From NCBI GenBank assembly GCA_963774955.1, contig CAVZGV010000006.1, positions 223,224 to 287,223 on the forward strand: DNA of 64,000 nt. The letters are read 5' to 3'. A program made the position numbers and the translations under genes. Origin of the DNA: Candidatus Falkowbacteria bacterium (GTDB lineage Bacteria; Patescibacteriota; Patescibacteriia; CAIXNZ01). Below, piece by piece: positions 48,456 through 61,000 of the stretch. The number at the start of each line of letters is the position of its first letter. The stretch's first letter is position 1. Under the pieces are notes generated by a model. It made no database searches. It was not told the DNA's origin and saw only the letters and a program-made list of their open reading frames with translations.

Positions 48456-49755
48456 TTATTTTAGCATCTTCATCATTTGTTTTTTCGAATCCTCTACCCC
48501 GGGCTGGTTGAAAACATCCACGCCCAAAAGTTCGCCCAGATAAGCGACAGTCATTTCAAAGAAATATAGTAATTGACCCAAATAATATTCGCTAAGCTCC
48601 GGCAAAATAATCGTAGCATTGGCGCGCTGATTTTTCATCAAAGACCAGGCCACAGCCTGCTGTTCAATATTTAAAATTTGAGTCAGGCTTTTACCGGCCA
48701 AAAATTCCAAACCTGAATTTTTATATAAGGGCAATTTAAAATCAACACTCAGTTTTTCCACCCTTATAAATGTGAAAATTTTATCATTAGCCCCTTCATT
48801 ATAAAGCTGCAACTGTGAATGCTGATCCTTGGGCCCGCTGGCGGCAATCGGAGTCAAGCCCAATACTGACTACCTTGCCCTGATTATCATATTTTTTACC
48901 CAGACTTTCAGCCCAGAGCTGGCGATACCAAAATGAAAAATAGTTCAGAGCTTCCAAATAAGGCATTAAAACCGCAATATTTTGATGACTTTTTTTATAA
49001 CCTAAATAATGGTAAGCCGCCATGATAAAAGGCAAATTTTGCGGCCAAGCAGCTTGCTTACATAATTTATCAATTGCCTGTGCGCCCTTGAGTAACTGTT
49101 TGATGTCTAAACCGGCCCAGGCAGCCGGTAAAAGACCGTTAACAGACAAAACTGAGAACCTGCCGCCGCCCGGATAATGGGCTAAAATAGGATAGCCTTC
49201 ATTTTGAGCAATTTGCAGCATTTTACCTTTCTGTGGGTTGGTAGTAATTAAAAAGTGCTCTCTATGCTTTTTAGGCCCCACAGCTTTAATTACCCGGTCA
49301 CGCCAGAATAAAAAATTTGCCGCCGTTTCCAGTGTTTCCCCTGACTTAGAGACAACATAGAACAATGTTTTTTTAATATTAATTTTATCAAGTAAGCCTT
49401 GCAAAGCCTGAGGATCAGTGGTGTCACCCGTAAAAAAAATATTTTTTGCGTTTTTATGCAAAATATTTACCAAGGCCTTGGCCCCCAAATCTGAACCGCC
49501 AATGCCGACTACAACCAGAGTGTCAAATTTTCTCTTTACTTGTCTGACCACACTTTGAATTATATCAGCCCCAGCCAAATCATACGGCAACTTTCTAAAA
49601 CTCATCTCCGGCATATCTGATTTCTTTTCTAAAACGTTATTAATTCTTGGCAGTTTCTTGCCGAGATTGGCTAATTCTGAATTTTTAAACCCAAAACTGC
49701 CCACCTTAGCTGCGGACATATTTCGACAATCGTATTGTAGAAGCTTAGCTTTCAT
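48456..49755 (-). CDS. pgi: Glucose-6-phosphate isomerase (one apparent frameshift near 48860)
   Basis: GIGGSDLG, SKSGETLET, GGRFSVLS, QLWAESLGK, DQHSQLQ, FNQPGVE. Confidence 0.9.
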
Positions 49756-49922
49756 ATATCTAATTATATCACAATTTTCCTGCTAACTAAACCTTTAACC
49801 CCAAAAATGCTATAATTAAAGAGGATAGAAAGGATTGAAAGGAAGTATAGGAATATAGGATCCTATTCTCCTTCTCTCCGCTACTCCTTATCTTCATATT
49901 CATCCTCTAATTCCTTTATTTT

Positions 49923-50651
49923 ATGCGCAATTTCACTTTAATTTTATTCAGCTTTTTTATTGTAATTCTCCTGGTCAGTTTTAATTATACCGAACCGATG
50001 TATGGTTTCATCGCTATCTTTCTGGCCTTCATCCTGTCCTTAATCTGCTTACTTGCCTATTTGGGCTTTTCCAGAGGCGTAATCACAGCTTTAACTTTTT
50101 CACTCTTACCCTTTCTTTTGGAATATCTATTTTTTAAATACAATTTTCTAAAATTACCATTTTTCAAAACAACAATTTTTACGTCATTAACCAAGGCTGA
50201 CCTGACAAACACGCTTAATCTAAAAAATCTTATTACGATTTTTCTGATTCCGACTTTCTTAACCTGTTGTCTGATCTTTGCCCAAAAAATCAGGCTTTAC
50301 AGCCTGATAAAAAATTACTATAAGACCTTTATAGTAATTGCCGCTTCCCTGCTCTTTGCCTTAAATCTCCTGGTTATTTCTCCCAGTGAATTCAGCTACC
50401 TTGAAGGTATAAAATGGCTGGTTATTAGCCTGATCATTAATCTGTTACTGCTCAAATTATATAAATTCAAAGTTAAGGCCAATGATATATATAAGGAATT
50501 ACCGATTATTATGTTCCTGCTTCTTTACGGTTTTAACTTAATGAAAAATAATAACAGCTATTCTATTTTAATTGCTATTTGCCTGACGATTTACTATTTA
50601 ATCATGCTCCTTAATGAGCATAAATTAAAAAAACTCAACCCCCAGATTTAG
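49923..50651 (+). CDS. Multi-pass membrane hypothetical protein
   Basis: Highly hydrophobic 242-aa ORF. Confidence 0.6.
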   Translation: MRNFTLILFSFFIVILLVSFNYTEPMYGFIAIFLAFILSLICLLAYLGFSRGVITALTFSLLPFLLEYLFFKYNFLKLPFFKTTIFTSLTKADLTNTLNLKNLITIFLIPTFLTCCLIFAQKIRLYSLIKNYYKTFIVIAASLLFALNLLVISPSEFSYLEGIKWLVISLIINLLLLKLYKFKVKANDIYKELPIIMFLLLYGFNLMKNNNSYSILIAICLTIYYLIMLLNEHKLKKLNPQI

Positions 50652-51477
50652 AGCCTAATTTTAGTTTCCGCACAATTTTATAGCCGATTAGGCCTAAACA
50701 AATAAAAATGATAACCAGGCTGGTAAATTGGGCCCAACGTAAACCCAAGAAATATGGGCTGTAATCCAAACGCAGAAACTCAGAACCTACTCGGCCGAGA
50801 GAATATAAGATAAAATAAACTAAAGCAATATTACCGATTCCCCGAATTTGTTCGGGGATTTTGTTTTTAGCCAGGCGGATAAGATGCCAGCCAAAAAGGC
50901 TAAAGAAAATAATCAGATTCCAAAGGCTTTCATATAAAAAAGTCGGGTGAAAATATTGGGAGTACTCAAAGCCGACAGGACGATTGGCCGGTAAAATAGG
51001 TATGCCCCAGGCCAAATCAGTCGGCCGGCCAAAAAGCTCCATATTGAAATAATTACCCCAACGGCCAAAAGCCATAGCCAAAGCTAAAGCCACAACTCCT
51101 AAATCCAAAAGCAACCAGGGATTAATCTTATGTCGCCGGCCAAAAAAATAAATCACCGCTAAACCGGCAATCATGGCGCCATGAATAGCCAGACCGCCCT
51201 CCCAGACTTTAAAAACATCCAGCAAATTTTTAGAATAATAAGGCCAGGCATAAATTACATAATATAACCGGTCGCCGATTAATCCGAAAATAACAACGTA
51301 AAAAGTCAGGTCATAAACATCATCTTTTTTCAGACCATACCGTTTGGCCAGATATAAAAATACCAAAAAGCCAAGCAACGCGCCTAAAGCAATTAAAAAA
51401 CCGTACCAGTGGATTTTTAGCCAGGCCAATTGCCACAAGATCGGATTGGGATAGAAAGTGTGTAAAAAATTAAACAT
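50635..51477 (-). CDS. lgt: Prolipoprotein diacylglyceryl transferase
   Basis: IHWYG, GGLAIHG, GRWGNYFNxE, HPTFLYES, EFLR. Confidence 0.95.
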   Translation of the reverse strand: MFNFLHTFYPNPILWQLAWLKIHWYGFLIALGALLGFLVFLYLAKRYGLKKDDVYDLTFYVVIFGLIGDRLYYVIYAWPYYSKNLLDVFKVWEGGLAIHGAMIAGLAVIYFFGRRHKINPWLLLDLGVVALALAMAFGRWGNYFNMELFGRPTDLAWGIPILPANRPVGFEYSQYFHPTFLYESLWNLIIFFSLFGWHLIRLAKNKIPEQIRGIGNIALVYFILYSLGRVGSEFLRLDYSPYFLGLRWAQFTSLVIIFICLGLIGYKIVRKLKLGSKSGG

Positions 51478-51481
51478 AGTT

Positions 51482-53132
51482 TTATTTGAATTGATAAATT
51501 TCAATCTGTCCCTGCTGCCAGACCTTTTCCAGATAATCTTTGCCTACCGGTGAATACGGATAATAATTGCGTTCGATATCAGCATAAAACAAGTAAGTCA
51601 GATTATTATCCTTAAAAAATTTAGCAGCTTCTTCATCGCTTAAACTGTCAGCAAAAAAAGCCTCGACTTTCCGGCCTTTATCCTTGGCATAGATTGTTTC
51701 ATGTTCATGACCCATGTAAATAGTCAGGTTGGCTAAACCCGGGAGCAACCAGCTATTAAAACTTTGACCGAAGATCACTCCGGGCCTGGCCGTACTTAAC
51801 CAGGCGGCGGCCTCTTTGTATTCATTGGGCAAATAGAATTTATAATACCGATTTTTAAAATAATCGACATCCCGAACCAGATTAAATATCGTTGAAAAAC
51901 CGAAAAATATTAAAAACATCAGGGTCAGAAAATAGTAATTTCCGTCTAACAGCCGGTAAATACGGGCGGATTTTCGCTTTAAATACTCGGCTAAACGCAA
52001 TAAGGCAATAACTGTAAAAATTATCATCGGTATTTGCAGCCCCTCGAGAAATCTCCGCTGAAAAGCAATCGGCGCATAAATTAAAATTCCGCCGCAAATC
52101 AGCCAGGTGACTAAAAATAAATATTTATCGTTGTAAAGCTCTTTGCTTTTTTGTCAAATAATAAATACCAACCGCGGCAAATATAAGCAAACAGCCAAAA
52201 CCCCAAAAATTAAAAATGAAGGGCGAAGTCATGGTAACATTTTGGGACGCTCTGACGCCAATAACTAAGTCAGTTTTAATTTTATAATAATGATATAAAA
52301 CCGAGGGCAGGCATAAAGCCAATGCGACCAAATAATGATAAACATAAAAAATCTGTCTTTGTTTAACTAACCTGATCAAGCCATAAACAAATAAAATGGC
52401 GAAAACGTAAGGAAAATAATAGGGATGGAAATTAAACCAAAATAGACCGACTAGGCCCGCGCCCAGACTATATTTGTACTTATTATTTTGCCAGGCCAAA
52501 AGCATGAGTAAAAAAAAGGCCAGCATGCATATCCAGGAAAATATAAAATGGGCATTATGATATAAAGTCAAAAAAACATTGGTTTCGGGCATCCAGAGAT
52601 CTATTGGCCACAGATACAAATCCCCTTGCAAACTGTTTAAAAAAACTTTTTCATAATAAAGGGCGAAATATGCGCCAACTCCCGAAGAAAAACACAAAAA
52701 TATCATGGCTAATTTTCTTTGGATTTTTTCAGCCAAAAAATAAGCCAGAAAAATGTAAGCTAGTGATAAAAGTATCGGAATTGATAAAACCCTGGCTAAT
52801 TGAAAGGCAATCAGGGGTGAAAGATTAAAAATTCTGGCCATTAAACCGACACTTAGCCAAAAAACATTCAAGATGCCATTAGCCTGAGGCTCGGAAGTAA
52901 AATAATCTTTAAGCAGCCAATTCCCTGCTTTGACCTGATTAATGTAAGAAAAATAAACCAGAGTATCACCAGGAGTTAACGAATGCAACCCATCATAAAA
53001 ATAACCTGGTGGCGCGTTAAAATATGCATACACATAGGGGACTGTAGTTATGATAATAACCACAATAATCAATAGAATAACCAGGCGCCATTCTTTTTTT
53101 GTAATTGTCTGTAATAACTGCTTAAAAGTCAT
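51482..53132 (-). CDS. Polytopic membrane protein, possible GT-C glycosyltransferase (apparent frameshifts near 52100-52150)
   Basis: N-terminal TM plus D-containing loop (GDTLVYFSY), FHPY, C-terminal GHxHET soluble domain; split in two ORFs. Confidence 0.6.
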
Positions 53133-53335
53133 AGTATGCTACATATACAAATAAATATAAATGATTACAAATTTGTAATAATTTGTAGCTGATTTGTATA
53201 TTTGTATCTTAACACCATAATCGGTGCACAAAACTTAGATATTATGTGAACATAATTATATAACAATTATACTTGTTTTTAATCGCAAAAAGAAGAGGGC
53301 CCGCATGGAGCCCTCTGGTTGAGATGAACGGTTCT

Positions 53336-53611
53336 TTAGAAGAATATCCGTCCTTGTTTGTTTTTAATTGTCTGGAGCGTGCTAGCTCCGCGATTCGCTT
53401 GGCGTGAATGCCTGAATGAGTTGAAGACCGAAAGAATTGTCAGTCCCGTAAAGAGACCGAGTACCCAACAGGGTAAAATGGTCGGGATCAACTCATCAAC
53501 AGCTGGTGGTACCAGCTGATTGAAGAACAAAAACACGCAAATCACGAATAAAACGAACGAAATCGAACTCCAAAGTTCCGCTTTGGCCGCATGATCCAGC
53601 ATCCGCATCAT
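53336..53611 (-). CDS. Small two-TM hypothetical protein
   Basis: AGGGGGA SD; TTGACT...TATAAT promoter; downstream hairpin. Confidence 0.5.
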   Translation of the reverse strand: MMRMLDHAAKAELWSSISFVLFVICVFLFFNQLVPPAVDELIPTILPCWVLGLFTGLTILSVFNSFRHSRQANRGASTLQTIKNKQGRIFF

Positions 53612-53784
53612 AATCCCCCTTTTCAGCTATCAGCTTCTGGTAAACCAACTTTCCCACTTTGGATATACATCCATTATAGCATATATTTTATAAAAAGTCA
53701 AGCTTTTTTTACTCAAATATTAGCTAAATTTTATCATGTATCAAGTAAAAAAGCCTGCCTTTGAGGGGCAGACTTTATATAAAG

Positions 53785-54048
53785 TCAGGTTTGTGCCTGT
53801 GGTGGCAGTAACTGGGTTTTGAGAGGCAATTTGGTAAAAGTAGGACTCAAATCCCCGTCTTGTGAATCATTATTCCAAACCACTTCGGATTCCTGATGGC
53901 AATTGGTGCAGGTTACCCGATAAGGGACATTGGTCCCGGTTATTTGAACCATGGCAGTATGCGAAAAAGGCTGATCACAATGAGGACAATGCTTCTTCAA
54001 TTCAACCTTAAGCGCAATCGGCTCTTCAGCTTCCCACCAGTTGGACAT
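53785..54048 (-). CDS. Small zinc-ribbon protein
   Basis: CPHC...CTNC; AAGGAGG SD. Confidence 0.6.
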   Translation of the reverse strand: MSNWWEAEEPIALKVELKKHCPHCDQPFSHTAMVQITGTNVPYRVTCTNCHQESEVVWNNDSQDGDLSPTFTKLPLKTQLLPPQAQT

Positions 54049-54091
54049 GGTTGCTTCCCTCCTTTGGCTACGATATCTTCGTTTGACCTTA

Positions 54092-56452
54092 TCATTTTGC
54101 TTGATTTAAGTCAAGCATGGTTTTAATGACTGTATCAGGATTTAAAGACATACTGTCAATGCCCTCCTTTTGTAAAAATCTGGCATAAATCCGGAAAATC
54201 ACTGGGTGCCTGACCGCAAATGCCGATTTTAATTTTCTTTTGTTTGGCTATTTTAATGGCTTGTTTAATTAATTTGATTACTGCCTCATTTCTTTCATCG
54301 GCAATATTGGAAATTAATTCTGAATCACGATCCAAACCCAAAGTTAACTGAGTTAAATCATTGGAACCGATGGAAAAACCGTCAAAAATTTCGGCAAATT
54401 TATCAGCCAAAATAACATTGGCCGGTATTTCCACCATGATATAAACTTCCAAACCGTTTTTACCCTGGACTAAGGCAGTTTTGCTTTAAAATTTGAATAA
54501 CCTTTGTAGCCTTCTTCAAGGGTACGGCAAAACGGTATCATGACTTTGACATTGGTCAACCCCATTTCATCTCTGACTTTTTTAATGGCCTGACATTCCA
54601 GCTCAAAAGCCGGCCTGAATTTGGGATCATAATAACGGGAAGCTCCGCGCCAGCCAATCATGGGATTTGATTCTTGGGGTTCATACAATTCTCCGCCGAT
54701 TAAGATTGGCATATTCATTGGTTTTAAAATCAGAAAAACGGACAATTACATCCTTGGGATAAAAAGCAGCGGCAATCTGAGCAATGCCATAAGCCAGCTG
54801 ATCAACATAAAAATCTGTCTTATTTTTATAAGCCGAAGTTAAGATCCTCAATTCTGCTTTTTTAAATTAGGCGGTAATTTTTGATAATTCGTAAGCGCCA
54901 AGGGATGAATTTTTATATAGTGAAGTAATAATAAATTCCAAACGCGCCAAACCAACACCCTGATTGGGTAAAAAAGAATATTTAAAAGCCTGAGTCGGAT
55001 CGCCTAAATTCATCATAATATCCACTTTGGTCTTTTTGATGCTTTGTAAATTTGTTTTTTTAATTTTATAAGGCAAAATCCCCTGATAAACTTTACCGAT
55101 TTTCACCTTCAGCGCAACTGACTGTGACTGACTGCCCTGTTTTAAGTATTTGGCTGGCGTTTTTAGTGCCGACAATGGCCGGAACACCCAATTCCCGGGA
55201 AACAATGGCTGCATGGCAGGTTCGACCGCCAGAATCAGTAATAATAGCCGCGGCTTTTTTCATAACCGGTTCCCAGTCAGGATCAGTCATTTCCGTAACC
55301 AAAACTTCACCGGGCTTAAATTTACTTAATTCTTTTACATTTTTAATGACTTGAACTTTGCCGGCGGAAATTTTCTGACCAATACTTTCACCGCTGATTA
55401 AAAGTTTGCCTTTTCTTCTTAAGTAAATATTGCTCCAAAATATTAGCATCATCGCCTGATTTAACGGTTTCCGGCCGCGCCTGAACAATATAAAGCTTGC
55501 CTGTCCGGCCATCTTTAGCCCATTCAATATCCATGGGCCGCTTATAATGCTTTTCAATTATCAGCGCCCATTTGGCCAATTGTAAAATTTCCTTGTCAGC
55601 TAAAGAAAATTGTTGCTGATCCTTATGACTAACCGAAATATTTTTAGTCGGACTGGCTAAATTACTGGTATAAATCAATTTTTGCTTTTTAGAGCCCAGC
55701 TCTTTTTTAATAATCGCCATTTTTGGCTTATAGACAAAAAATTCATCGGGAGTTACCCTGCCTTTAACCACATTTTCACCCAAGCCATAAGAAGAATTGA
55801 TAATAACTAAATCTTTAAATCCGGATTCTGTATCAATGGTAAACATTACTCCGGCCGTGGCCAAATCAGACCGAATCATTTTTTGAATGCCGGCTGAAAG
55901 ATAGACTTTATCATGTTTTATCTTTTTATCAAGGCGATAAGAAATCGACCGGTCAGTATATAATGAAGCCATACAGCGCTTAATCGCCAAAAGTAATTCT
56001 TTAGAACTCTTGATATTTAAATATGATTCCTGCTGGCCGGCAAATGAGGCTGTCGGCATATCTTCAGCCGTGGCACTGGACCTCACGGCCACATCGACAC
56101 CAGCTGAACGATATTGCCTGGACAATTCTTGATAGGCCTTAACAATCTGAGTTTCTAAATCGGCCGGGAATTTGCCATGTAAAACCATTTGCCTGATTTT
56201 TTGCCCGGCTACTTCCAATTCTCGTCCTTTATTTTTACCTAATTTTCGCAAAATTTTACTGATTTCCTTATTAAGCTGATTATACCTTAAAAAGTACTTA
56301 AAGGCTTCGGCCGTAGTACAAAAACCATCAGGAATACTAATTCCTTTGGAAGTCAATTTCCGAATCATCTCGCCAAGAGAGGCATTTTTACCGCCGACTT
56401 TGGCAACGTCTTTAATGGAAACTTGGGGAAATTTTAAAATGTATTGGTTCAT
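54092..56452 (-). CDS. ppsA: Phosphoenolpyruvate synthase (several apparent frameshifts)
   Basis: [63 protein letters not shown]; fragments collinear. Confidence 0.9.
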
Positions 56453-56641
56453 AAACTTAGATTTTAGATTTTAGATTTTGGATTATGGATTCTAAAACAA
56501 AATATTTCATTAATTAAACTAAAATCTATAATCTAAAATCCATAATCTAATACCATTATACCAAAAAACCCCGCTTCTGACGAAGCAGGGTCTTTTATCT
56601 CAGCTATCAAATTTTTTCTATTTTCTATTTACTCTTTAATA

Positions 56642-57322
56642 TTATTTGATATCCCGTTTTACATCTTCAATCATTTCCTTAGCAGCTTCACGACCGCCCA
56701 AGCCAAAGGCTAGGCCAAAAGCCAAAGCCAACATAAAAATAAGTCCTGTAAACAACATCTGGATCAAAGAAACAGCGACTTTAAGCTGAATCAAAGCAGC
56801 TAAAACAGCAAAAACAATTATTGACCATTTAGCCACTGCGCCGACCAGATTGCCTAATTTTTCTCTGGTGCTCCTCATAACTCTGACAATCAAATCATCT
56901 ACAAAATACCCCAGGACAAAACCAACGACTAAAATTAAAACAGCGATGATGACATTTGGTAAATACCAAGCAATGTCTTTCAAAAAAGTGGTGAATTGAC
57001 CGAGTTTTAAAATGTCAGAGACTGCAATCAATAAAACGACATACAAAAACCATTTGACCAACCAGCCAAAAATCTGTGAAAAAACTACTTTAGTACCGCC
57101 TTCTTCGATTTTTTTAACTACATTGATCTTGCTGATTAAATCATCAATTTTGGCAGCGGCAATAATTTTCTCCACCAGCTTTTCAATGGCTTTGGCTAGA
57201 AAAATACCGACAATTAAAATGATAATGCCGGCGATCAAACTTGGCAAATACATTACCAAACCCTGCCACAGCGAGGTCAAGGCCTCTAAAATCGCTTCTC
57301 CGATTGAGTTGATAAACTCCAT
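56642..57322 (-). CDS. TM-helix repeat protein (MscS N-terminal/CmpX-like)
   Basis: Repeated YLPxxIxxIxILxVG; ALAFGLAFGLGGRE. Confidence 0.8.
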   Translation of the reverse strand: MEFINSIGEAILEALTSLWQGLVMYLPSLIAGIIILIVGIFLAKAIEKLVEKIIAAAKIDDLISKINVVKKIEEGGTKVVFSQIFGWLVKWFLYVVLLIAVSDILKLGQFTTFLKDIAWYLPNVIIAVLILVVGFVLGYFVDDLIVRVMRSTREKLGNLVGAVAKWSIIVFAVLAALIQLKVAVSLIQMLFTGLIFMLALAFGLAFGLGGREAAKEMIEDVKRDIK

Positions 57323-57356
57323 AGGATTTTAAGTTAATTTTTAAGTTATTTTAAAT

Positions 57357-58064
57357 CTATTGTTTTCCGATTATTACCAATACCGCCACACCCTCGGGCT
57401 TTTTTTCACCAATCGGCAGACCGCTTAATTTAGCGCCCAAGGCATCGGCAATTTTCTGCATATCAGGGGTATTACCTGCAATATCGACCACCAGAGTATT
57501 TGGATAATCGATCTTTGTAGAATTTGCCTTGACTGTAACCACGGCATTGTTGAAAGCTGTTTTTATTTTAGCTTCCATTTCAGCTGTTTTAGTATTACTT
57601 GGGTCGCTGGTCAGACTGTTATATACAGCAAAATTAACAGGAGTTGCCGCCGGAGTATTGCTAATATTAACCGGTCCGACTTTCATGATTTTATTGGCAT
57701 TTTCATCAAATAAAATGGCCATATCCGGATAAATAATTAGACGATCACCATTTTTCGCATTAGACAAAAATGGCTGGGCTTCTTTAAGTTTATCAGCATC
57801 AGTAACTACAGCCATAGTCGGGGTAACATCTTTTGGCAAATCTAAGATTTTACCTAATTTTTGCAGGACTTTTTCATCAGCCATTTGCTGACTTTGCATC
57901 TGCCAGGCCAATTGCACTGTCTTAATAACTCCATACTGATTCAGCAAATAATAAATCCCCACGCCCAAGGTCACAATAATGACCACGATAATCATGATTT
58001 TTAAAAGTTTAGGCATTTTTTTACCACCCATTTTGTCTTTTGGTTTCATGGTTTTGATTTCCAT
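57357..58064 (-). CDS. Membrane-anchored protein with LytR C-terminal-like domain
   Basis: One TM; PTMAVVTD, AKNGDRLIIY; AVYNS...VLVIIGK. Confidence 0.6.
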   Translation of the reverse strand: MEIKTMKPKDKMGGKKMPKLLKIMIIVVIIVTLGVGIYYLLNQYGVIKTVQLAWQMQSQQMADEKVLQKLGKILDLPKDVTPTMAVVTDADKLKEAQPFLSNAKNGDRLIIYPDMAILFDENANKIMKVGPVNISNTPAATPVNFAVYNSLTSDPSNTKTAEMEAKIKTAFNNAVVTVKANSTKIDYPNTLVVDIAGNTPDMQKIADALGAKLSGLPIGEKKPEGVAVLVIIGKQ

Positions 58065-58093
58065 AGTTTTTTTATATTTAAATTATTAGAAAC

Positions 58094-61000
58094 TTAATAT
58101 TTATTTAGAAGCGCCCGAGTGCGTGGCCCTACGGAACCGATCGAGTCAAGGTTATTGTCCGTCTGAAACTTTATTACCGCTACTTCTGTTGCGGAATCGT
58201 AATGACCATTAGACAGCATATCAGCTGGTAAATAATCCAAACATTGCAATAACTCCTGCAAATCTTTTACTTCAAGACTATTATTGCCAACCTTGAGCAA
58301 TGAAGTAAAGGTCAGGGTCTTATGGCAGGCTGCTACGGAGTCCCCTGTCGGCTGGGTTGCCGGCGCAGGAGTTTGGAAATTTGTTACCAGAGCCGCGCTT
58401 AAGGCAACTGCTGTCAAATTCAAATCATAATTAATACTGCTGGCGGCAATTATAACCCGAACCGGATTGAAGTCCGCAGTACTATTAATGGGGTCGCCGA
58501 CTTTATAATCCACGAAGAAAGCATCTGACAAATCATCGATCAAAACTTCCCAGCTAGACCCGTATACAGCCTGGGCAATTTCTTCATTGGCAATCCATCT
58601 CAAAGTCCCGTGCAAATCAACAGCATAAACCTTGGGATCAGTAAGCAATTTAATCAGCCTGACACCCGGTTTGGAAGTGACATTTTTACCCAGGGGAATC
58701 TGGGATAATTGCTCATTGGACATAAATTTAACCGCGCCAAAGTCATTATACCAACTATTATATATATTTTCATTCGGGAAGGTATGGCGCTTACCGTCAA
58801 TGCCATAATAATAGACGGTGTCTTCAGAATTCTTTAATAAATCACCTGGTCTTACAATTATTTGCTCACTGCTAGAAATTCTAATTGAAGAAACTATATT
58901 ACTGCCGATAAAATTATCAGCTAAATCGCCGTCATCTGCGGTAAAAACCTCTGAACGACCCTGATAATTTATATGCTGGAATAAAGTCGCAATCGCACCG
59001 CCAACGACTCTGATTGAAGAAGCAAAATCTTGACCCAAAGTATTATTTCTTAAGTCCGGGTCATCAGCCGTAAAAGATTCTGATCTGCCCTGATAATCAG
59101 TGAGCTCATATAGAATTACCATCGGGTTTATACCGAAAGTAAGATCACCTGACTGAACCGGTGGTGTCGGTGGTTCTGTTGGTGTTACTGGCGGTTCTAC
59201 TGGCGGTTCAACAGGAGGAGGAAAGATTGCCGTATAAAATTCTATAGAATCATTTATTATTGGGGAATTCGTGCCATCACTGCTCTTGTAAATCACATAA
59301 ACTGTTTTAATGCCATCACCTGATTCCAGAGTCCAATTCATGGTAGTCGGCGTGGTAAATGGCTGCCAAATGGCCCCGATAAAATTAGGATCATTGCTGA
59401 CAACTACTTGGGCTGCATTTTGCGATTGCAAGTTTAAAGTAACGCCGGTTGAATTAGTAGTGGTTGCGCCATTATTTATTGAGACAGAGTAAGCAGACGG
59501 GTAAATAAAGGTATGACCTCCGCCGCCGACAGGTGCGGTATAAGTAATTGAATTATCGGTTGAGGTTGAGACATTATTGGTATTTCCAGCCAGGTCTGAA
59601 ACATTACTTGCTCCAATATCAGCGATGACAGTTCCGTCAGCGGTAACTACGACTAAAATTTCAAACGTAGTACCGTCATTTGGTGCAACTTCGGTAACCG
59701 TAACCAAACCTGTTGTTGCAGTACCTGTAATAGCCACATCGACGCTGGTAAATGTTGTAATATCAATCGACTCATCAAATACAACCGTAAACCTTACCGG
59801 TGAACTGCTTGCTGGATCTGGCTGGCCGGCCTTTTGCTCAACAGTTACATTAGGGGCAATACTATCGATGGTGTAATTCAAGGTAAATGAAGACGGAGAT
59901 TTATTTCCGGTTGTATCAATGCAGCGCAAATAAACTGTTTTGGATCCTTCACCTGCCAGATTCAAAGTACAGCTGGTAGCGCTACCGCAGCTATTAGCCA
60001 TTAAATCATAAGTTGTATCAACAATATCCCATTTACAATTTACCGTATCACCGCTTGAAGTAAAGACAATGGCTGTTGAATTGTCATTAGTGGTGTCATA
60101 ATATGGCGCGGTTATATCCCCGGCTACGCTGGTGATACTGCCAACTGACGGTGGTAAAGAATCAGTAGTAATTGTGTTATCCGTTGAAGTTGAAACATTA
60201 TTAGTATTTCCGGCCAAGTCAGAAACTCCGCCAGCTGGAATATCTGCGATCACTGTTCCATCCATAGTAACTATAACCGATACATTAAAGGTTGTACCAT
60301 CATTTGGCGCTACTTCGGTTATTGTTACCAAACCGGTTGTGGCTGTGCCGCTTATGGATACATCAACACTGGTAAATGTGCCTGTATTTATCGGCTCGTC
60401 AAATACTGCTGTAAATTCTACTGGCGAAACATTAGTTGGATCTGTCTGTCCTAATTTCTGATCTATGGTAACTGATGGTGAGACTGTATCTTTAGTAAAA
60501 CTGCGGCTGTCAGAGCCGATATTCCCAGCGGCATCAGTATCCCTGACATTCAATGTAAAGGCTACCTGGCCCAGGCCGGCAAAATCTGTAAGCGTTGAAA
60601 ATGCATCGCCGCTGGCACAGCTTTCCCAGCTGCCGCCGTCAATATTGCATTCCTGTGTGCCTGGTTCTGAACTTGTAAAGGTAAATGTGGCTGAGCCGTT
60701 AACTGTACTGGTTGCTGACGGTGCTGTGATAGCCACGGTTGAAGCCACTGTATCAATTACAATCGCATGGACTGCCGCAAAGGTCCCTACTGCCGGCAAA
60801 GTATTATCCGCATCATTTAAACCCGCATCTTTTATTGTTGCGCCATTCAACGATAAATCACTGGTATTGGAGTAATCCAAATCAACGCTGTTTTCCCCGC
60901 CTCCGACTGTGTATCTAAACGTTAATGTATTTGAACCAGTACCGCTATTGTATGTTGCTGTTCCTCCGGAATTTAAAGCCAAGCTCGGCGTACCGCCAGC

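Noticed and set aside
38193-56452. Split cca, cyclophilin, pgi, membrane protein and ppsA as programmed frameshifts or pseudogenes
   Set aside because: Each junction I inspected (cca x2, cyclophilin, pgi, two in ppsA) is repaired by removing one base from a short homopolymer, with intact motifs on both sides and no slippery heptamer. This is the signature of long-read insertion errors; read mapping would confirm.
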